64,000 nucleotides of DNA from Nemertoderma westbladi (GCA_032718475.1 JAUCBJ010002084.1:1-64000), one strand, 5' to 3'; shown: positions 23,801 to 39,778, numbered from the stretch's first letter. Notes: generated by a model not told the origin, from the letters alone. Translations and numbers: made by a program.

Positions 23801-26800
23801 GACTGATCAGTTGCAGGTCCCTCCAACAAGCCGGCTGCCATAGAACAATCTCATACAGAGTCTGATCAGTTGCAGGTCCCTCCAACAAGCCAGCTGCCAT
23901 AGAACAATCTCACACAGAGACTGATCAGTTGCAGGTCACTCCAACCAGCCGGCTGCCATAGAACAATCTCACACACAGAATGATCAGTTGCAGGTCCCTC
24001 CAACCAGCCGGCTGCCATAGAACAATCTCACACAGAGACTGGTTAGTTGCAGGTCACTCCAACCAGCCGGGTGCCATAGAACAATCTCACACACAGAATG
24101 ATCAGTTCCAGGTCACTCCAGTCAGACGGCTGCCATAGAACAATCTCACACACAGACTGATCAGTTGCAGGTCACTCCAACCAGCCGGCTGCCATAGAAC
24201 AATCTCACACACAGAATGATCAGTTGAACGTCCCTCCAACCAGCCGGCTGGCATAGAACAATCTCACACAGAGACTGATCAGTTGCAGGTCCCTCCAACC
24301 AGAGGCTGCCATAGTACAATCTCACACACAAACTGATCAGTTGAAGGTCCCTCCAACCAGCCGGCTGCCATAGAACAATCTCACACACAGACTGATCAGT
24401 TGAAGGTCCCTCCAACCAGCCGGCTGCCATAGAACAATCTCACACACAGACTGATCAGTTGCAGGTCCCTCCAATCAGTCGGCTGCCATAGAACAATCTC
24501 ACACACAGAATGATCAGTTGCAGGTCCGTTATTGCAGGTCCCTCTAACCAGCCGGCTGCCACAGAACAATCTCACACACAGAATGATCAGTTGCAGGTCC
24601 CTCCAACCACCGGCTGCCATAGAACAATCTCACACACAGAATGATCAGTTGCAGGTCCGTTGCAGGTCCCTCCAACCACCGGCTGCCATAGAACAATCTC
24701 ATACACAGACTGATCAGTTGAAGGTCCCTCTAACCAGCCGGCTGCCACAGAACAATCTCACACACAGAATGATCAGTTGCAGGTCCCTCCAACCACCGGC
24801 TGCCATAGAACAATCTCACACACAGATTGATCAGTTGCAGGTCCCTCCAACCAGCCGGCTGCCATAGAACAATCTCACACACAGACTGATCAGTTGCAGG
24901 TCCCTCCAACCAGCCGGCTGCCATAGAACAATCTCACACACAGATTGATCAGTTGCAGGTCCCTCCAACCAGCCGGCTGCCATAGAACAATCTCACACAC
25001 AGATTGATCAGATGCAGGTTCCTCCAACCAGCCGGCTGCCATAGAACAATCTCACACAGATTGATCAGTTGCAGGTCCCTCCAACCAGCCGGCTGCCATA
25101 GAACAATCTCACACACAGACTGATTAGTTGCAGGTCACTCCAACCAGCCGGCTGCCATAGAACAATCTCACACACAGAATGATCAGTTGCAGGTCACTCC
25201 AACCAGCCGGCTGCCATAGAACAATCTCACACACAGAATGATCAGTTGCAGGTCCCTCAAACCAGCCAGCTGCCATAGAACAATCTCACACAGAGACTGA
25301 TCAGTTGCAGGTCACTCCAACCAGCCGGCTGCCATAGAACAATCTCACACACAGAATGATCAGTTGCAGGTCCCCCCAACCAGCCGGCTGCCATAGAACA
25401 ATCTCACACAGAGACTGGTTAGTTGCAGTTCACTCCAACCAGTCGGCTGCCATAGAACAATCTCACACACAGAATGATCAGTTGCAGGTCACTCCAGTCA
25501 GACGGCTGCCATAGAACAATCTCACACACAGACTGATCAGTTGCAGGTCACTCCAACCAGCCGGCTGCCATAGAACAATCTCACACACAGAATGATCAGT
25601 TGAACGTCCATCCAACCAGCCGGCTGGCATAGAACAATCTCACACAGAGACTGATCAGTTGCAGGTCCCTCCAACCAGCCGGCTGCCATAGTACAATCTC
25701 ACACACAGACTGATCAGTTGAAGGTCCCTCCAACCAGCCGGCTGCCATAGAACAATCTCACACACAGACTGATCAGTTGAAGGTCCCTCCAACCACCGGC
25801 TGCCATAGAACAATCTCACACACATAATGATCAGTTGCAGGCCCCTCCAACCAGCCGGCCACCATAGAACAATCTCACACACAGACTGATCAGTTGCAGG
25901 TCCCTCCAATCAGCCGTCTGCCATAGAACAATCTCTCACAGAGACTGATCAGTTGCAGGTCACTCCAACCAGCCGGCTGCCATAGAACAATCTCACACAC
26001 AGAATGATCAGTTGCAGGTCACTCCAGCCAGACGGCTGCCTTAGAACAATCTCACACACAGACTGATCAGTTGCAGGTCCCTCCAACAAGCCGGCTGCCA
26101 TAGAACAATCTCATACAGAGTCTGATCAGTTGCAGGTCCCTCCAACCAGCCAGCTGCCATAGAACAATCTCACACACAGAATGATCAGTTGCAGGTCCCT
26201 CCAACCAGCCGGCTGCCATAGAACAATCGCACACAGAGACTGGTTAGTTGCAGGTCACTCCAACCAGCCGGCTGCCATAGAACAATCTCATACACAGACT
26301 GATCAGTTGCAGGTCCCTCCAACCAGCCGGCTGCCATAGAACAATCTCACACACATAATGATCAGTTGCAGGCCCCTCCAACCAGCCGGCCACCATAGAA
26401 CAATCTCACACACAGACTGATCAGTTGCCATTCCCTCCAACCAGCCGTCTGCCGTAGAACAATTTCACACACAAAATGATCAGTTGCAGGTCTCTCCAAC
26501 CAGCCGGCTGCCATAGAACAATCTCACCACAGACTGATCAGTTGCAGGTCCCTCCAACCAGCCGGCTACCATAGAACAATCTCACACACAGACTGATCAG
26601 TTGCAGGTCCCTCAAACCAGCCGGCTGCCATAGAACAATCTCACACACAGACTGATCAGTTGCAGGTCACTCCAACCAGCCAGCTGCCATAGAACAATCT
26701 CACACAGAGAGTGATCAGTTGCAGGTCACTCCAACCAGCCGGCTGCCATAGAACAATCTCACACACAGAATGATCAGTTGCAGGTCCCTCCAACCAGCCG

Positions 26801-29800
26801 GCTGCCATAGAACAATCTCACACAGAGACTGGTTAGTTGCAGGTCACTCCAACCAGCCGGCTGCCATAGAACAATCTCACACACAGAATGATCAGTTGCA
26901 GGTCACTCCAGTCAGACGCCTGCCATAGAACAATCTCACACACAGACTGATCAGTTGCAGGTCACTCCAACCAGCCGGCTGCCATAGAACAATCTCACAC
27001 ACAGAATGATCAGTTGAACGTCCCTCCAACCAGCCGGCTGCCATAGAACAATCTCACACAGAGACTGATCAGTTGCAGGTCCCTCCAACCAGCCGGCTGC
27101 CATAGTACAATCTCACACACAGACTGATCAGTTGAAGGTCCCTCCAACCAGCCGGCTGCCATAGAACAATCTCACACACAGACTGATCAGTTGAAGGTCC
27201 CTCCAACCAGCCGGCTGCCATAGAACAATCTCACACACATAATGATCAGTTGCAGGTCCCTCCAACCAGCCGGCTGCCATAGAACAATCTCACACACATA
27301 ATGATCAGTTGAACGTCCCTCCAACCAGCCGGCTGCCATAGAACAATCTCACACACAGACTGATCAGTTGCAGGTCCCTCCAATCAGCCGGCTGCCATAG
27401 AACAATCTCACACACAGAATGATCAGTTGCAGGTCCGTTGCAGGTCCCTCCAACCACCGGCTGCCATAGAACAATCTCATACACAGACTGATCAGTTGAA
27501 GGTCCCTCTAACCAGCCGGCTGCCTCAGAACAATCTCACACACAGAATGATCAGTTGCAGGTCCCTCCAACCACCGGCTGCCATAGAACAATCTCACACA
27601 CAGATTGATCAGTTGCAGGTCCCTCCAACCAGCCGGCTGCCATAGAACAATCTCACACACAGACTGATCAGTTGCAGGTCCCTCCAACCAGCCCGGGCTG
27701 CCATAGAACAATCTCACACACAGACTGATCAGTTGCAGGTCACTCCAACCAGCCGGCTGCCATAGAACAATCTCACACACAGAATGATCAGTTGCATGTC
27801 ACTCCAACCAGCCGGCTGCCATAGAACAATCTCACACACAGATTGATCAGATGCAGGTTTCTCCAACCAGCCGGCTGCCATAGAACAATCTCACACAGAT
27901 TGATCAGTTGCAGGTCCCTCCAACCAGCCGGCTGCCATAGAACAATCTCACACACAGACTGATTAGTTGCAGGTCACTCCAACCAGCCGGCTGCCATAGA
28001 ACAATCTCACACACAGAATGATCAGTTGCAGGTCACTCCAACCAGCCGGCTGCCATAGAACAATCTCACACACAGAATGATCAGTTGCAGGTCCCTCAAA
28101 CCAGCCAGCTGCCATAGAACAATCTCACACAGAGACTGATCAGTTGCAGGTCACTCCAACCAGCCGGCTGCCATAGAACAATCTCACACACAGAATGATC
28201 AGTTGCAGGTCCCCCCAACCAGCCGGCTGCCATAGAACAATCTCACACAGAGACTGGTTAGTTGCAGGTCACTCCAACCAGCCGGCTGCCATAGAACAAT
28301 CTCACACACAGAATGATCAGTTGCAGGTCACTCCAGTCAGACGGCTGCCATAGAACAATCTCACACACAGACTGATCAGTTGCAGGTCACTCCAACCAGC
28401 CGGCTGCCATAGAACAATCTCACACACAGAATGATCAGTTGAACGTCCATCCAACCAGCCGGCTGGCATAGAACAATCTCACACAGAGACTGATCAGTTG
28501 CAGGTCCCTCCAACCAGCCGGCTGCCATAGTACAATCTCACACACAGACTGATCAGTTGAAGGTCCCTCCAACCAGCCGGCTGCCATAGAACAATCTCAC
28601 ACACAGACTGATCAGTTGAAGGTCCCTCCAACCACCGGCTGCCATAGAACAATCTCACACACATAATGATCAGTTGCAGGCCCCTCCAACCAGCCGGCCA
28701 CCATAGAACAATCTCACACACAGACTGATCAGTTGCAGGTCCCTCCAATCAGCCGTCTGCCATAGAACAATCTCTCACAGAGACTGATCAGTTGCAGGTC
28801 ACTCCAACCAGCCGGCTGCCATAGAACAATCTCACACACAGAATGATCAGTTGCAGGTCACTCCAGCCAGACGGCTGCCATAGAACAATCTCACACACAG
28901 ACTGATCAGTTGCAGGTCCCTCCAACAAGCCGGCTGCCATAGAACAATCTCATACAGAGTCTGATCAGTTGCAGGTCCCTCCAACCAGCCAGCTGCCATA
29001 GAACAATCTCACACAGAGACTGATCAGTTGCAGGTCACTCCAACCAGCCGGCTGCCATAGAACAATCTCACACACAGACTGATCAGTTGAAGGTCCCTCC
29101 AATCAGCCGTCTGCCATAGAACAATCTCTCACAGAGACTGATCAGTTGCAGGTCACTCCAACCAGCCGGCTGCCATAGAACAATCTCACACACAGAATGA
29201 TCAGTTGCAGGTCACTCCAGCCAGACGGATGCCATAGAACAATCTCACACACAGACTGATCAGTTGCAGGTCACTCCAACCAGCCGGCTGCCATAGAACA
29301 ATCTCACACACAGAATGATCAGTTGAACGTCCCTCCAACCAGCCGGCTGCCATAGAACAATCTCACACAGAGACTGATCAGTTGCAGGTCCCTCCAACCA
29401 GCCGGCTGCCATAGTACAATCTCACACACAGACTGATCAGTTGAAGGTCCCTCCAACCACCGGCTGCCATAGAACAATCTCATACACAGACTGATCAGTT
29501 GAAGGTCCCTCCAACCAGCCGGCTGCCATAGAACAAGCTCACACACATAATGATCAGTTGCAGGTCCCTCCAACCAGCCGGCTGCCATAGAACAATCTCA
29601 CACACATAATGGTCAGTTGAACGTCCCTCCAACCAGCCGGCTGCCATAGAACAATCTCACACACAGACTGATCAGTTGCAGGTCCCTCCAATCAGCCGGC
29701 TGCCATAGAACAATCTCACACACAGAATGATCAGTTGCAGGTCCGTTGCAGGTCCCTCCAACCACCGGCTGCCATAGAACAATCTCATACACAGACTGAT

Positions 29801-32800
29801 CAGTTGAAGGTCCCTCTAACCAGCCGGCTGCCTCAGAACAATCTCACACACAGAATGATCAGTTGCAGGTCCCTCCAACCACCAGCTGCCATAGAACAAT
29901 CTCACACACAGATTGATCAGTTGCAGGTCCCTCCAACCAGCCGGCTGCCATAGAACAATCTCACACACAGACTGATCAGTTGCAGGTCCCTCCAACCAGC
30001 CCGGGCTGCCATATAACAATCTCACACACAGACTGATCAGTTGCAGGTCACTCCAACCAGCCGGCTGCCATAGAACAATCTCACACACAGAATGATCAGT
30101 TGCATGTCACTCCAACCAGCCGGCTGCCATAGAACAATCTCACACACAGAATGATCAGTTGCAGGTCACTCCAGTCAGACGGCTGCCATAGAACAATCTC
30201 ACACACAGACTGATCAGTTGCAGGTCACTCCAACCAGCCGGCTGCCATAGAACAATCTCACACACAGAATGATCAGTTGAACGTCCATCCAACCAGCCGG
30301 CTGGCATAGAACAATCTCACACACAGACTGATCAGTTGAAGGTCCCTCCAACCACCGGCTGCCATAGAACAATCTCACACACATAATGATCAGTTGCAGG
30401 CCCCTCCAACCAGCCGGCCACCATAGAACAATCTCACACACAGACTGATCAGTTGCAGGTCCCTCCAATCAGCCGTCTGCCATAGAACAATCTCTCACAG
30501 AGACTGATCAGTTGCAGGTCACTCCAACCAGCCGGCTGCCATAGAACAATCTCACACAGAGACTGATCAGTTGCAGGTCCCTCCAACCAGCCGGCTGCCA
30601 TAGTACAATCTCACACACAGACTGATCAGTTGAAGGTCACTCCAACCAGCCGGCTGCCATAGAACAATCTCACACACAGACTGATCAGTTGAAGGTCCCT
30701 CCAACCACCGGCTGCCATAGAACAATCTCACACACATAATGATCAGTTGCAGGCCCCTCCAACCAGCCGGCCACCATAGAACAATCTCACACACAGACTG
30801 ATCAGTTGCAGGTCCCTCCAATCAGCCGTCTGCCATAGAACAATCTCTCACAGAGACTGATCAGTTGCAGGCCACTCCAACCAGCCGGCTGCCATAGAAC
30901 AATCTCACACACAGAATGATCAGTTGCAGGTCACTCCAGCCAGACGGCTGCCATAGAACAATCTCACACACAGACTGATCAGTTGCAGGTCCCTCCAACA
31001 AGCCGGCTGCCATAGAACAATCTCATACAGAGTCTGATCAGTTGCAGGTCCCTCCAACCAGCCAGCTGCCATAGAACAATCTCACACAGAGACTGATCAG
31101 TTGCAGGTCACTCCAACCAGCCGGCTGCCATAGAACAATCTCACACACAGAATGATCAGTTGCAGGTCCCTCCAACCAGCCGGCTGCCATAGAACAATCT
31201 CACACAGAGACTGGTTAGTTGCAGGTCACTCCAACCAGCCGGCTGCCATAGAACAATCTCACACACAGAATGATCAGTTGCAGGTCACTCCAGTCAGACG
31301 CCTGCCATAGAACAATCTCACACACAGACTGATCAGTTGCAGGTCACTCCAACCAGCCGGCTGCCATAGAACAATCTCACACACAGAATGATCAGTTGAA
31401 CGTCCATCCAACCAGCCGGCTGGCATAGAACAATCTCACACAGAGACTGATCAGTTGCAGGTCCCTCCAACCAGCCGGCTGCCATAGTACAATCTCACAC
31501 ACAGACTGATCAGTTGAAGGTCCCTCCAACCAGCCGGCTGCCATAGAACAATCTCACACACAGACTGATCAGTTGAAGGTCCCTCCAACCAGCCGGCTGC
31601 CATAGAACAATCTCACACACATAATGATCAGTTGCAGGTCCCTCCAACCAGCCGGCTGCCATAGAACAATCTCACACACAGACTGATCAGTTGAACGTCC
31701 CTCCAACCAGCCGGCTGCCATAGAACAATCTCACACACAGAATGATCAGTTGAAGGTCCCTCCAACCAGCCGGCTGCCATAGAACAATCTCACACACAGA
31801 CTGATCAGTTGAAGGTCCCTCCAACCAGCCGGCTGCCATAGAACAATCTCACACACATAATGATTAGTTGCAGGTCCCTCCAACCAGCCGGCTGCCATAG
31901 AACAATCTCACACACAGACTGATCAGTTGCAGGTCCCTCCAATCAGCCGGCTGCCATAGAACAATCTCACACACAGAATGATCAGTTGCAGGTCCGTTGT
32001 TGCAGGTCCCTCTAACCAGCCGGCTGCCACAGAACAATCTCACACACAGAATGATCAGTTGCAGGTCCCTCCAACCACCGGCTACCATAGAACAATCTCA
32101 CACACAGAATGATCAGTTGCAGGTCCGTTGCAGATCCCTCCAACCACCGGCTGCCATAGAACAATCTCATACACAGACTGATCAGTTGAAGGTCCCTCTA
32201 ACCAGCCGGCTGCCACAGAACAATCTCACATACAGAATGATCAGTTGCAGGTCCCTCCAACCACCGGCTGCCATAGAACAATCTCACACACAGATTGATC
32301 AGTTGCAGGTCCCTCCAACCAGCCGGCTGCCATAGAACAATCTCACACACAGACTGATCAGTTGCAGGTCCCTCCAACCAGCCGGCTGCCATAGAACAAT
32401 CTCACACACAGACTGATCAGTTGCAGGTCACTCCAACCAGCCGGCTGCCATAGAACAATCTCACACACAGAATGATCAGTTGCATGTCACTCCAACCAGC
32501 CGGCTGCCATAGAACAATCTCACACACAGAATGATCAGTTGCAGGTCACTCCAGTCAGACGGCTGCCATAGAACAATCTCACTCACAGATTGATCAGTTG
32601 CAGGTCCCTCCAACCAGCCGGCTACCATAGAACAATCTCACACACAGACTGATCAGTTGCAGGTCACTCCAACGAGCCGGCTGCCATAGAACAATCTCAC
32701 ACACAGAATGAACAGTTGCAGGTCCCTCCAACCAGACGGCTGCCATAGAACAATCTCACACACAGAATGATCAGTTGCAGGTCCGTTGTTGCAGATCCCT

Positions 32801-35800
32801 CTAACCAGCCGGCTGCCACAGAACAATCTCACACGCAGAATGATCAGTTGCAGGTCACTCCAACCAGCCGGCGGCCATAGAACAATCTCACACACAGACT
32901 AATCAGTTGAAGGTCCCTCCAACTAGCCGGCTGCCATAGAACAATCTCACACACAGACTGATCAGTTGAAGGTCCCTCCAACCAGCCGGCTGCCATAGAA
33001 CAATCTCACACACAGACTGTTCAGTTGAAGGTCCCTCCAACTAGCCGGCTGCCATAGAACAATCTCACACACAGACTGTTCAGTTGAAGGTCCCTCCAAC
33101 TAGCCGGCTGCCATAGAACAATCTCACACACAGAATGAACAGTTGCAGGTCCCTCCAACCAGACGGCTGCCATAGAACAATCTCACACACAGAATGATCA
33201 GTTGCAGGTCCGTTGTTGCAGGTCCCTCTAACCAGCCGACTGCCATAGAACAATCTCACACACAGACTGATCAGTTGCAGGTCACTCCAACGAGCTGGCT
33301 GCCATAGAACAATCTCACACACAGAATGATCAGTTGCAGGTCCCTCCAACCAGCCGGCTGCCATAGTACAATCTCACACACAGATTGATCAGTTGAAGGT
33401 CCCTCCAACCAGCCGGCTGCCATAGAACAATCTCACACACAGAATGATCAGTTGCAGGTGCCTCTAACCAACCGGCTGCCACAGAACAATCTCACACGCA
33501 GAATGATCAGTTGAAGGTCCCTCCAACCAGCCGGCAGCCATAGAACAATCTCACACACAGACTGATCAGTTGCAGGTCCCTCCAACCGGCCGGCTACTAT
33601 AGAACAATCTCACACACAGACTGATCAGTTGCAGGTCCCTCCAACCAGCCGGCTGCCATAGAACAATCTCACACACAGACTGTTCAGTTGAAGGTCCCTC
33701 CAACTAGCCGGCTGCCATAGAACAATCTCACACACAGAATGATCAGTTGCAGGTCCCTCCAACCAGCCGGCTGCCATAGAACAATCTCACACACAGACTG
33801 ATCAGTTGCAGGTCCCTCCAACCAGCCGGCTGCCATAGTACAATCTCACACACAGACTGATCAGTTGCAGGTCACTCCAACCAGCCGGCTGCCATAGAAC
33901 AATCTCACACACAGAATGATCAGTTGCAGGTCCCTCCAACCAGCCGGCTGCCATAGAACAATCACACACAGAGACTGATCAGTTGCAGGTCCCTCCAACC
34001 AGCCGGCTGCCATAGAACAATCTCTCACACAGATTGATCAGTTGAAGGTCCCTCCAACCAGCCGGCTGCCATAGAACAATCTCACACACAGAATGATCAG
34101 TTGCAGGTCCCTCCAACCAGCCGGCTGCCATAGTACAATCTCACACACAGACTGATCAGTTGCAGGTCACTCCAACCAGCCGGCTGCCATAGAACAATCT
34201 CACACACAGAATGATCAGTTGCAGGTCCCTCCAACCAGCCGGCTGCCATAGAACAATCTCACACAGAGACTGATCAGTTGCAGGTCCCTCCAACCAGCCG
34301 GCTGCCACAGAACAATCTCACACACAGAATGATCAGTTGCAGGTCACTCTAGTCAGACGGCTGCCATAGAACAATCTCACACACAGAATGATCAGTTGAA
34401 GGTCCCTCCAACCAGCCGGCTGCCATAGAACAATCTCACACACAGACTGATCAGTTGCAGGTCCCTCCAACCAGCCGGCTGCCATAGTACAATCTCACAC
34501 ACAGACTGATCAGTTGCAGGTCACTCCAACCAGCCGGCTGCCATAGAACAATCTCACACACAGAATGATCAGTTGAAGGTCACTCCAACCAGCCGGCTGC
34601 CATAGAACAATCTCACACACAGAATGATCAGTTGCAGGTCCCTCCAACCAGCCGGCTGCCATAGAACAATCTCACACAGAGACTGATCAGTTGCAGGTCC
34701 CTCCAACCAGCCGGCTGCCATAGAACAATCTCACACACAGAATGATCAGTTGCAGGTCCCTCCAACCAGCCGGCTGCCATAGAACAATCTCACACACAGA
34801 ATGATCAGTTGCAGGTCCCTCCAACCAGCCGGCTGCCATAGAACAATCTCACACAGAGACTGATCAGTTGCAGGTCCCTCCAACCTGCCGGCTGCCATAG
34901 TACAATCTCACACACAGACTGATCAGTTGAAGGTCACTCCAACCAGCCGGCTGCCATAGAACAATCTCACACACAGAATGATCAGTTGAAGGTCACTCCA
35001 ACCAGCCGGCTGCCATAGAACAATCTCACACACAGACTGATCAGCTGAACGTCCCTCCAACCAGCCGGCTGCCATAGAACAATCTCACACACAGAATGAT
35101 CAGTTGCAGGTCCCTCCAACCAGCCGGCTGCCATAGAACAATCTCACACACAGACTGTTCAGTTGAAGGTCCCTCCAACCAGCCGGCTGCCATAGTACAA
35201 TCTTACACACAGACTGATCAGTTGCAGGTCACTCTAGTCAGACAGCTGCCATAGAACAATCTCACACACAGACTGATCAGTTGAAGGTCCCTCCAACCAG
35301 CCGGCTGCCATAGAACAATCTCACACACAGAATGATCAGTTGCAGGTGCCTCTAACCAACCGGCTGCCACAGAACAATCTCACACGCAGAATGATCAGTT
35401 GCAGGTCACTCCAACCAGCCGGCTGCCATAGAACAATCTCACACACAGAATGATCAGTTGCAGGTCACTCTAGTCAGACGGCTGCCATAGAACAATCTCA
35501 CACACAGACTGATCAGTTGCAGGTCACTCCAACCAGCCGGCTGCCATAGAACAATCTCACACACAGAATGATCAGTTGAACGTCCCTCCAACCAGCCGGC
35601 TGGCATAGAACAATCTCACACAGAGACTGATCAGTTGAAGGTCCCTCCAACCACCGGCTGCCATAGAACAATCTCACACACATAATGATCAGTTGCAGGC
35701 CCCTCCAACCAGCCGGCCACCATAGAACAATCTCACACACAGACTGATCAGTTGCAGGTCCCTCCAATCAGCCGTCTGCCATAGAACAATCTCTCACAGA

Positions 35801-38800
35801 GACTGATCAGTTGCAGGTCACTCCAACCAGCCGGCTGCCATAGAACAATCTCACACACAGAATGATCAGTTGCAGGTCACTCCAGCCAGACGGCTGCCAT
35901 AGAACAATCTCACACACAGACTGATCAGTTGCAGGTCCCTCCAACAAGCCGGCTGCCATAGAACAATCTCATACAGAGTCTGATCAGTTGCAGGTCCCTC
36001 CAACCAGCCAGCTGCCATAGAACAATCTCACACAGAGACTGATCAGTTGCAGGTCACTCCAACCAGCCGGCTGCCATAGAACAATCTCACACACAGAATG
36101 ATCAGTTGCAGGTCCCTCCAACCAGCCGGCTGCCATAGAACAATCTCACACAGAGACTGGTTAGTTGCAGGTCACTCCAACCAGCCGGCTGCCATAGAAC
36201 ATTCTCACACACAGAATGATCAGTTGCAGGTCACTCCAGTCAGACGCCTGCCATAGAACAATCTCACACACAGACTGATCAGTTGCAGGTCACTCCAACC
36301 AGCCGGCTGCCATAGAACAATCTCACACACAGAATGATCAGTTGAACGTCCATCCAACCAGCCGGCTGGCATAGAACAATCTCACACAGAGACTGATCAG
36401 TTGCAGGTCCCTCCAACCAGCCGGCTGCCATAGTACAATCTCACACACAGACTGATCAGTTGAAGGTCCCTCCAACCAGCCGGCTGCCATAGAACAATCT
36501 CACACACAGACTGATCAGTTGAAGGTCCCTCCAACCAGCCGGCTGCCATAGAACAATCTCACACACATAATGATCAGTTGCAGGTCCCTCCAACCAGCCG
36601 GCTGCCATAGAACAATCTCACACACATAATGATCAGTTGAACGTCCCTCCAACCAGCCGGCTGCCATAGAACAATCTCACACACAGAATGATCAGTTGAA
36701 GGTCCCTCCAACCAGCCGGCTGCCATAGAACAATCTCACACACAGACTGATCAGTTGAAGGTCCCTCCAACCAGCCGGCTGCCATAGAACAATCTCACAC
36801 ACATAATGATCAGTTGCAGGTCCCTCCAACCAGCCGGCTGCCATAGAACAATCGCACACACAGACTGATCAGTTGCAGGTCCCTCCAATCAGCCGACTGC
36901 CATAGAACAATCTCACACACAGAATGATCAGTTGCAGGTCCGTTGTTGCAGGTCCCTCTAACCAGCCGGCTGCCACAGAACAATCTCACACACAGAATGA
37001 TCAGTTGCAGGTCCCTCCAACCACCGGCTGCCATAGAACAATCTCACACACAGAATGATCAGTTGCAGGTCCGTTGCAGATCCCTCCAACCACCGGCTGC
37101 CATAGAACAATCTCATACACAGACTGATCAGTTGAAGGTCCCTCTAACCAGCCGGCTGCCACAGAACAATCTCACATACAGAATGATCAGTTGCAGGTCC
37201 CTCCAACCACCGGCTGCCATAGAACAATCTCACACACAGATTGATCAGTTGCAGGTCCCTCCAACCAGCCGGCTGCCATAGAACAATCTCACACACAGAC
37301 TGATCAGTTGCAGGTCCCTCCAACCAGCCGGCTGCCATAGAACAATCTCACACACAGACTGATCAGTTGCAGGTCACTCCAACCAGCCGGCTGCCATAGA
37401 ACAATCTCACACACAGAATGATCAGTTGCATGTCACTCCAACCAGCCGGCTGCCATAGAACCATCTCACACACAGAATGATCAGTTGCAGGTCACTCCAG
37501 TCAGACGGCTGCCATAGAACAATCTCACACACAGATTGATCAGTTGCAGGTCCCTCCAACCAGCCGGCTACCATAGAACAATCTCACACACAGACTGATC
37601 AGTTGCAGGTCACTCCAACGAGCCGGCTGCCATAGAACAATCTCACACACAGAATGAACAGTTGCAGGTCCCTCCAACCAGACGGCTGCCATAGAACAAT
37701 CTCACACACAGAATGATCAGTTGCAGGTCCGTTGTTGCAGGTCCCTCTAACCAGCCGGCTGCCACAGAACAATCTCACACGCAGAATGATCAGTTGCAGG
37801 TCACTCCAACCAGCCGGCGGCCATAGAACAATCTCACACACAGACTAATCAGTTGAAGGTCCCTCCAACTAGCCGGCTGCCATAGAACAATCTCCCACAC
37901 AGACTGATCAGTTGAAGGTCCCTCCAACCAGCCGGCTGCCATAGAACAATCTCACACACAGACTGTTCAGTTGAAGGTCCCTCCAACTAGCCGGCTGCCA
38001 TAGAACAATCTCACACACAGACTGATCAGTTGCAGGTCCCTCCAACCAGCCGGCTGCCATAGTACAATCTCACACACAGATTGATCAGTTGAAGGTCCCT
38101 CCAACCAGCCGGCTGCCATAGAACAATCTCACACACAGAATGATCAGTTGCAGGTGCCTCTAACCAACCGGCTGCCACAGAACAATCTCACACGCAGAAT
38201 GATCAGTTGAAGGTCCCTCCAACCAGCCGGCAGCCATAGAACAATCTCACACACAGACTGATCAGTTGCAGGTCCCTCCAACCAGCCGGCTACTATAGAA
38301 CAATCTCACACATAGACTGATCAGTTGCAGGTCCCTCCAACCAGCCGGCTGCCATAGAACAATCTCACACACAGACTGTTCAGTTGAAGGTCCCTCCAAC
38401 TAGCCGGCTGCCATAGAACAATCTCACACACAGAATGATCAGTTGCAGGTCCCTCCAACCAGCCGGCTGCCATAGAACAATCTCACACACAGACTGATCA
38501 GTTGCAGGTCCCTCCAACCAGCCGGCTGCCATAGTACAATCTCACACACAGACTGATCAGTTGCAGGTCACTCCAACCAGCCGGCTGCCATAGAACAATC
38601 TCACAGACAGAATGATCAGTTGCAGGTCACTCTAGTCAGACGGCTGCCATAGAACAATCTCACACACAGAATGATCAGTTGAAGGTCCCTCCAACCAGCC
38701 GGCTGCCATAGAACAATCTCACACACATACTGTTCAGTTGAAGGTCCCTCCAACTAGCCGGCTGCCATAGAACAATCTCACACACAGAATGATCAGTTGC

Positions 38801-39690
38801 AGGTCCCTCCAACCAGCCGGCTGCCATAGAACAATCTCACACACAGACTGATCAGTTGCAGGTCCCTCCAACCAGCCGGCTGCCATAGTACAATCTCACA
38901 CACAGACTGATCAGTTGCAGGTCACTCCAACCAGCCGGCTGCCATAGAACAATCTCACATACAGAATGATCAGTTGCAGGCCCCTCCAACCAGCCGGCTG
39001 CCATAGTACAATCTCACACACAGACTGATCAGTTGCAGGTCACTCCAACCAGCCGGCTGCCATAGAACAATCTCACATACAGAATGATCAGTTGCAGGCC
39101 CCTCCAACCAGCCGGCTGCCATAGAACAATCTCACACACAGAATGATCAGTTGCAGGTCACTCTAGTCAGACGGCTGCCATAGAACAATCTCACACACAG
39201 ACTGATCAGTTGAAGGTCCCTCCAACCAGCCGGCTGCCATAGAACAATCTCACACACAGAATGATCAGTTGCAGGTGCCTCTAACCAACCGGCTGCCACA
39301 GAACAATCTCACACGCAGAATGATCAGTTGCAGGTCACTCCAACCAGCCGGCTGCCATAGAACAATCTCACACACAGAATGATCAGTTGCAGGTCACTCT
39401 AGTCAGACGGCTGCCATAGAACAATCTCACACACAGACTGATCAGTTGCAGGTCACTCCAACCAGCCGGCTGCCATAGAACAATCTCACACACAGAATGA
39501 TCAGTTGAACGTCCCTCCAACCAGACGGCTGGCATAGAACAATCTCACACAGAGACTGATCAGTTCCAGGTCCCTCCAACCAGCCGGCTGCCATAGAACA
39601 ATCTCACACAGAGACTGATCAGTTCCAGGTCCCTCCAACCAGCCGGCTGCCATAGAACAATCTCACACACAGAATGATCAGCTGCAGGTC
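14817..39690. repeat. 59-bp satellite array, ~24.9 kb (~420 units), with kb-scale higher-order duplications
   Basis: Consensus CATAGAACAATCTCACACACAGACTGATCAGTTGCAGGTCCCTCCAACCAGCCGGCTGC, head to tail with no unique spacers. Confidence 0.98.
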
Positions 39691-39718
39691 TATGATTGCA
39701 GTGGGTAGCAAGACTCAC

Positions 39719-39778
39719 CCGACGAGCCTGCAGGGTAGTGCTGGGTTTTGGCCTCGTTTGTTTAAGTGTTTGTCTTCT
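39719..39778 (-). other. Candidate 60-nt minus-strand exon next to the satellite
   Basis: Minus strand reads ttttcgtttgcaag|AGAAGAC...GCTCGTCGG|gtgagt. The consensus donor lies ~25 bp from the satellite edge. Confidence 0.35.

Noticed and set aside
14817-39690. CRISPR-like regular array and many short ORFs (QVPPTSRLP / WRDLQLI types)
   Set aside because: Units are head to tail with no unique spacers, the context is eukaryotic and there are no cas genes; the ORFs are translations of the satellite.
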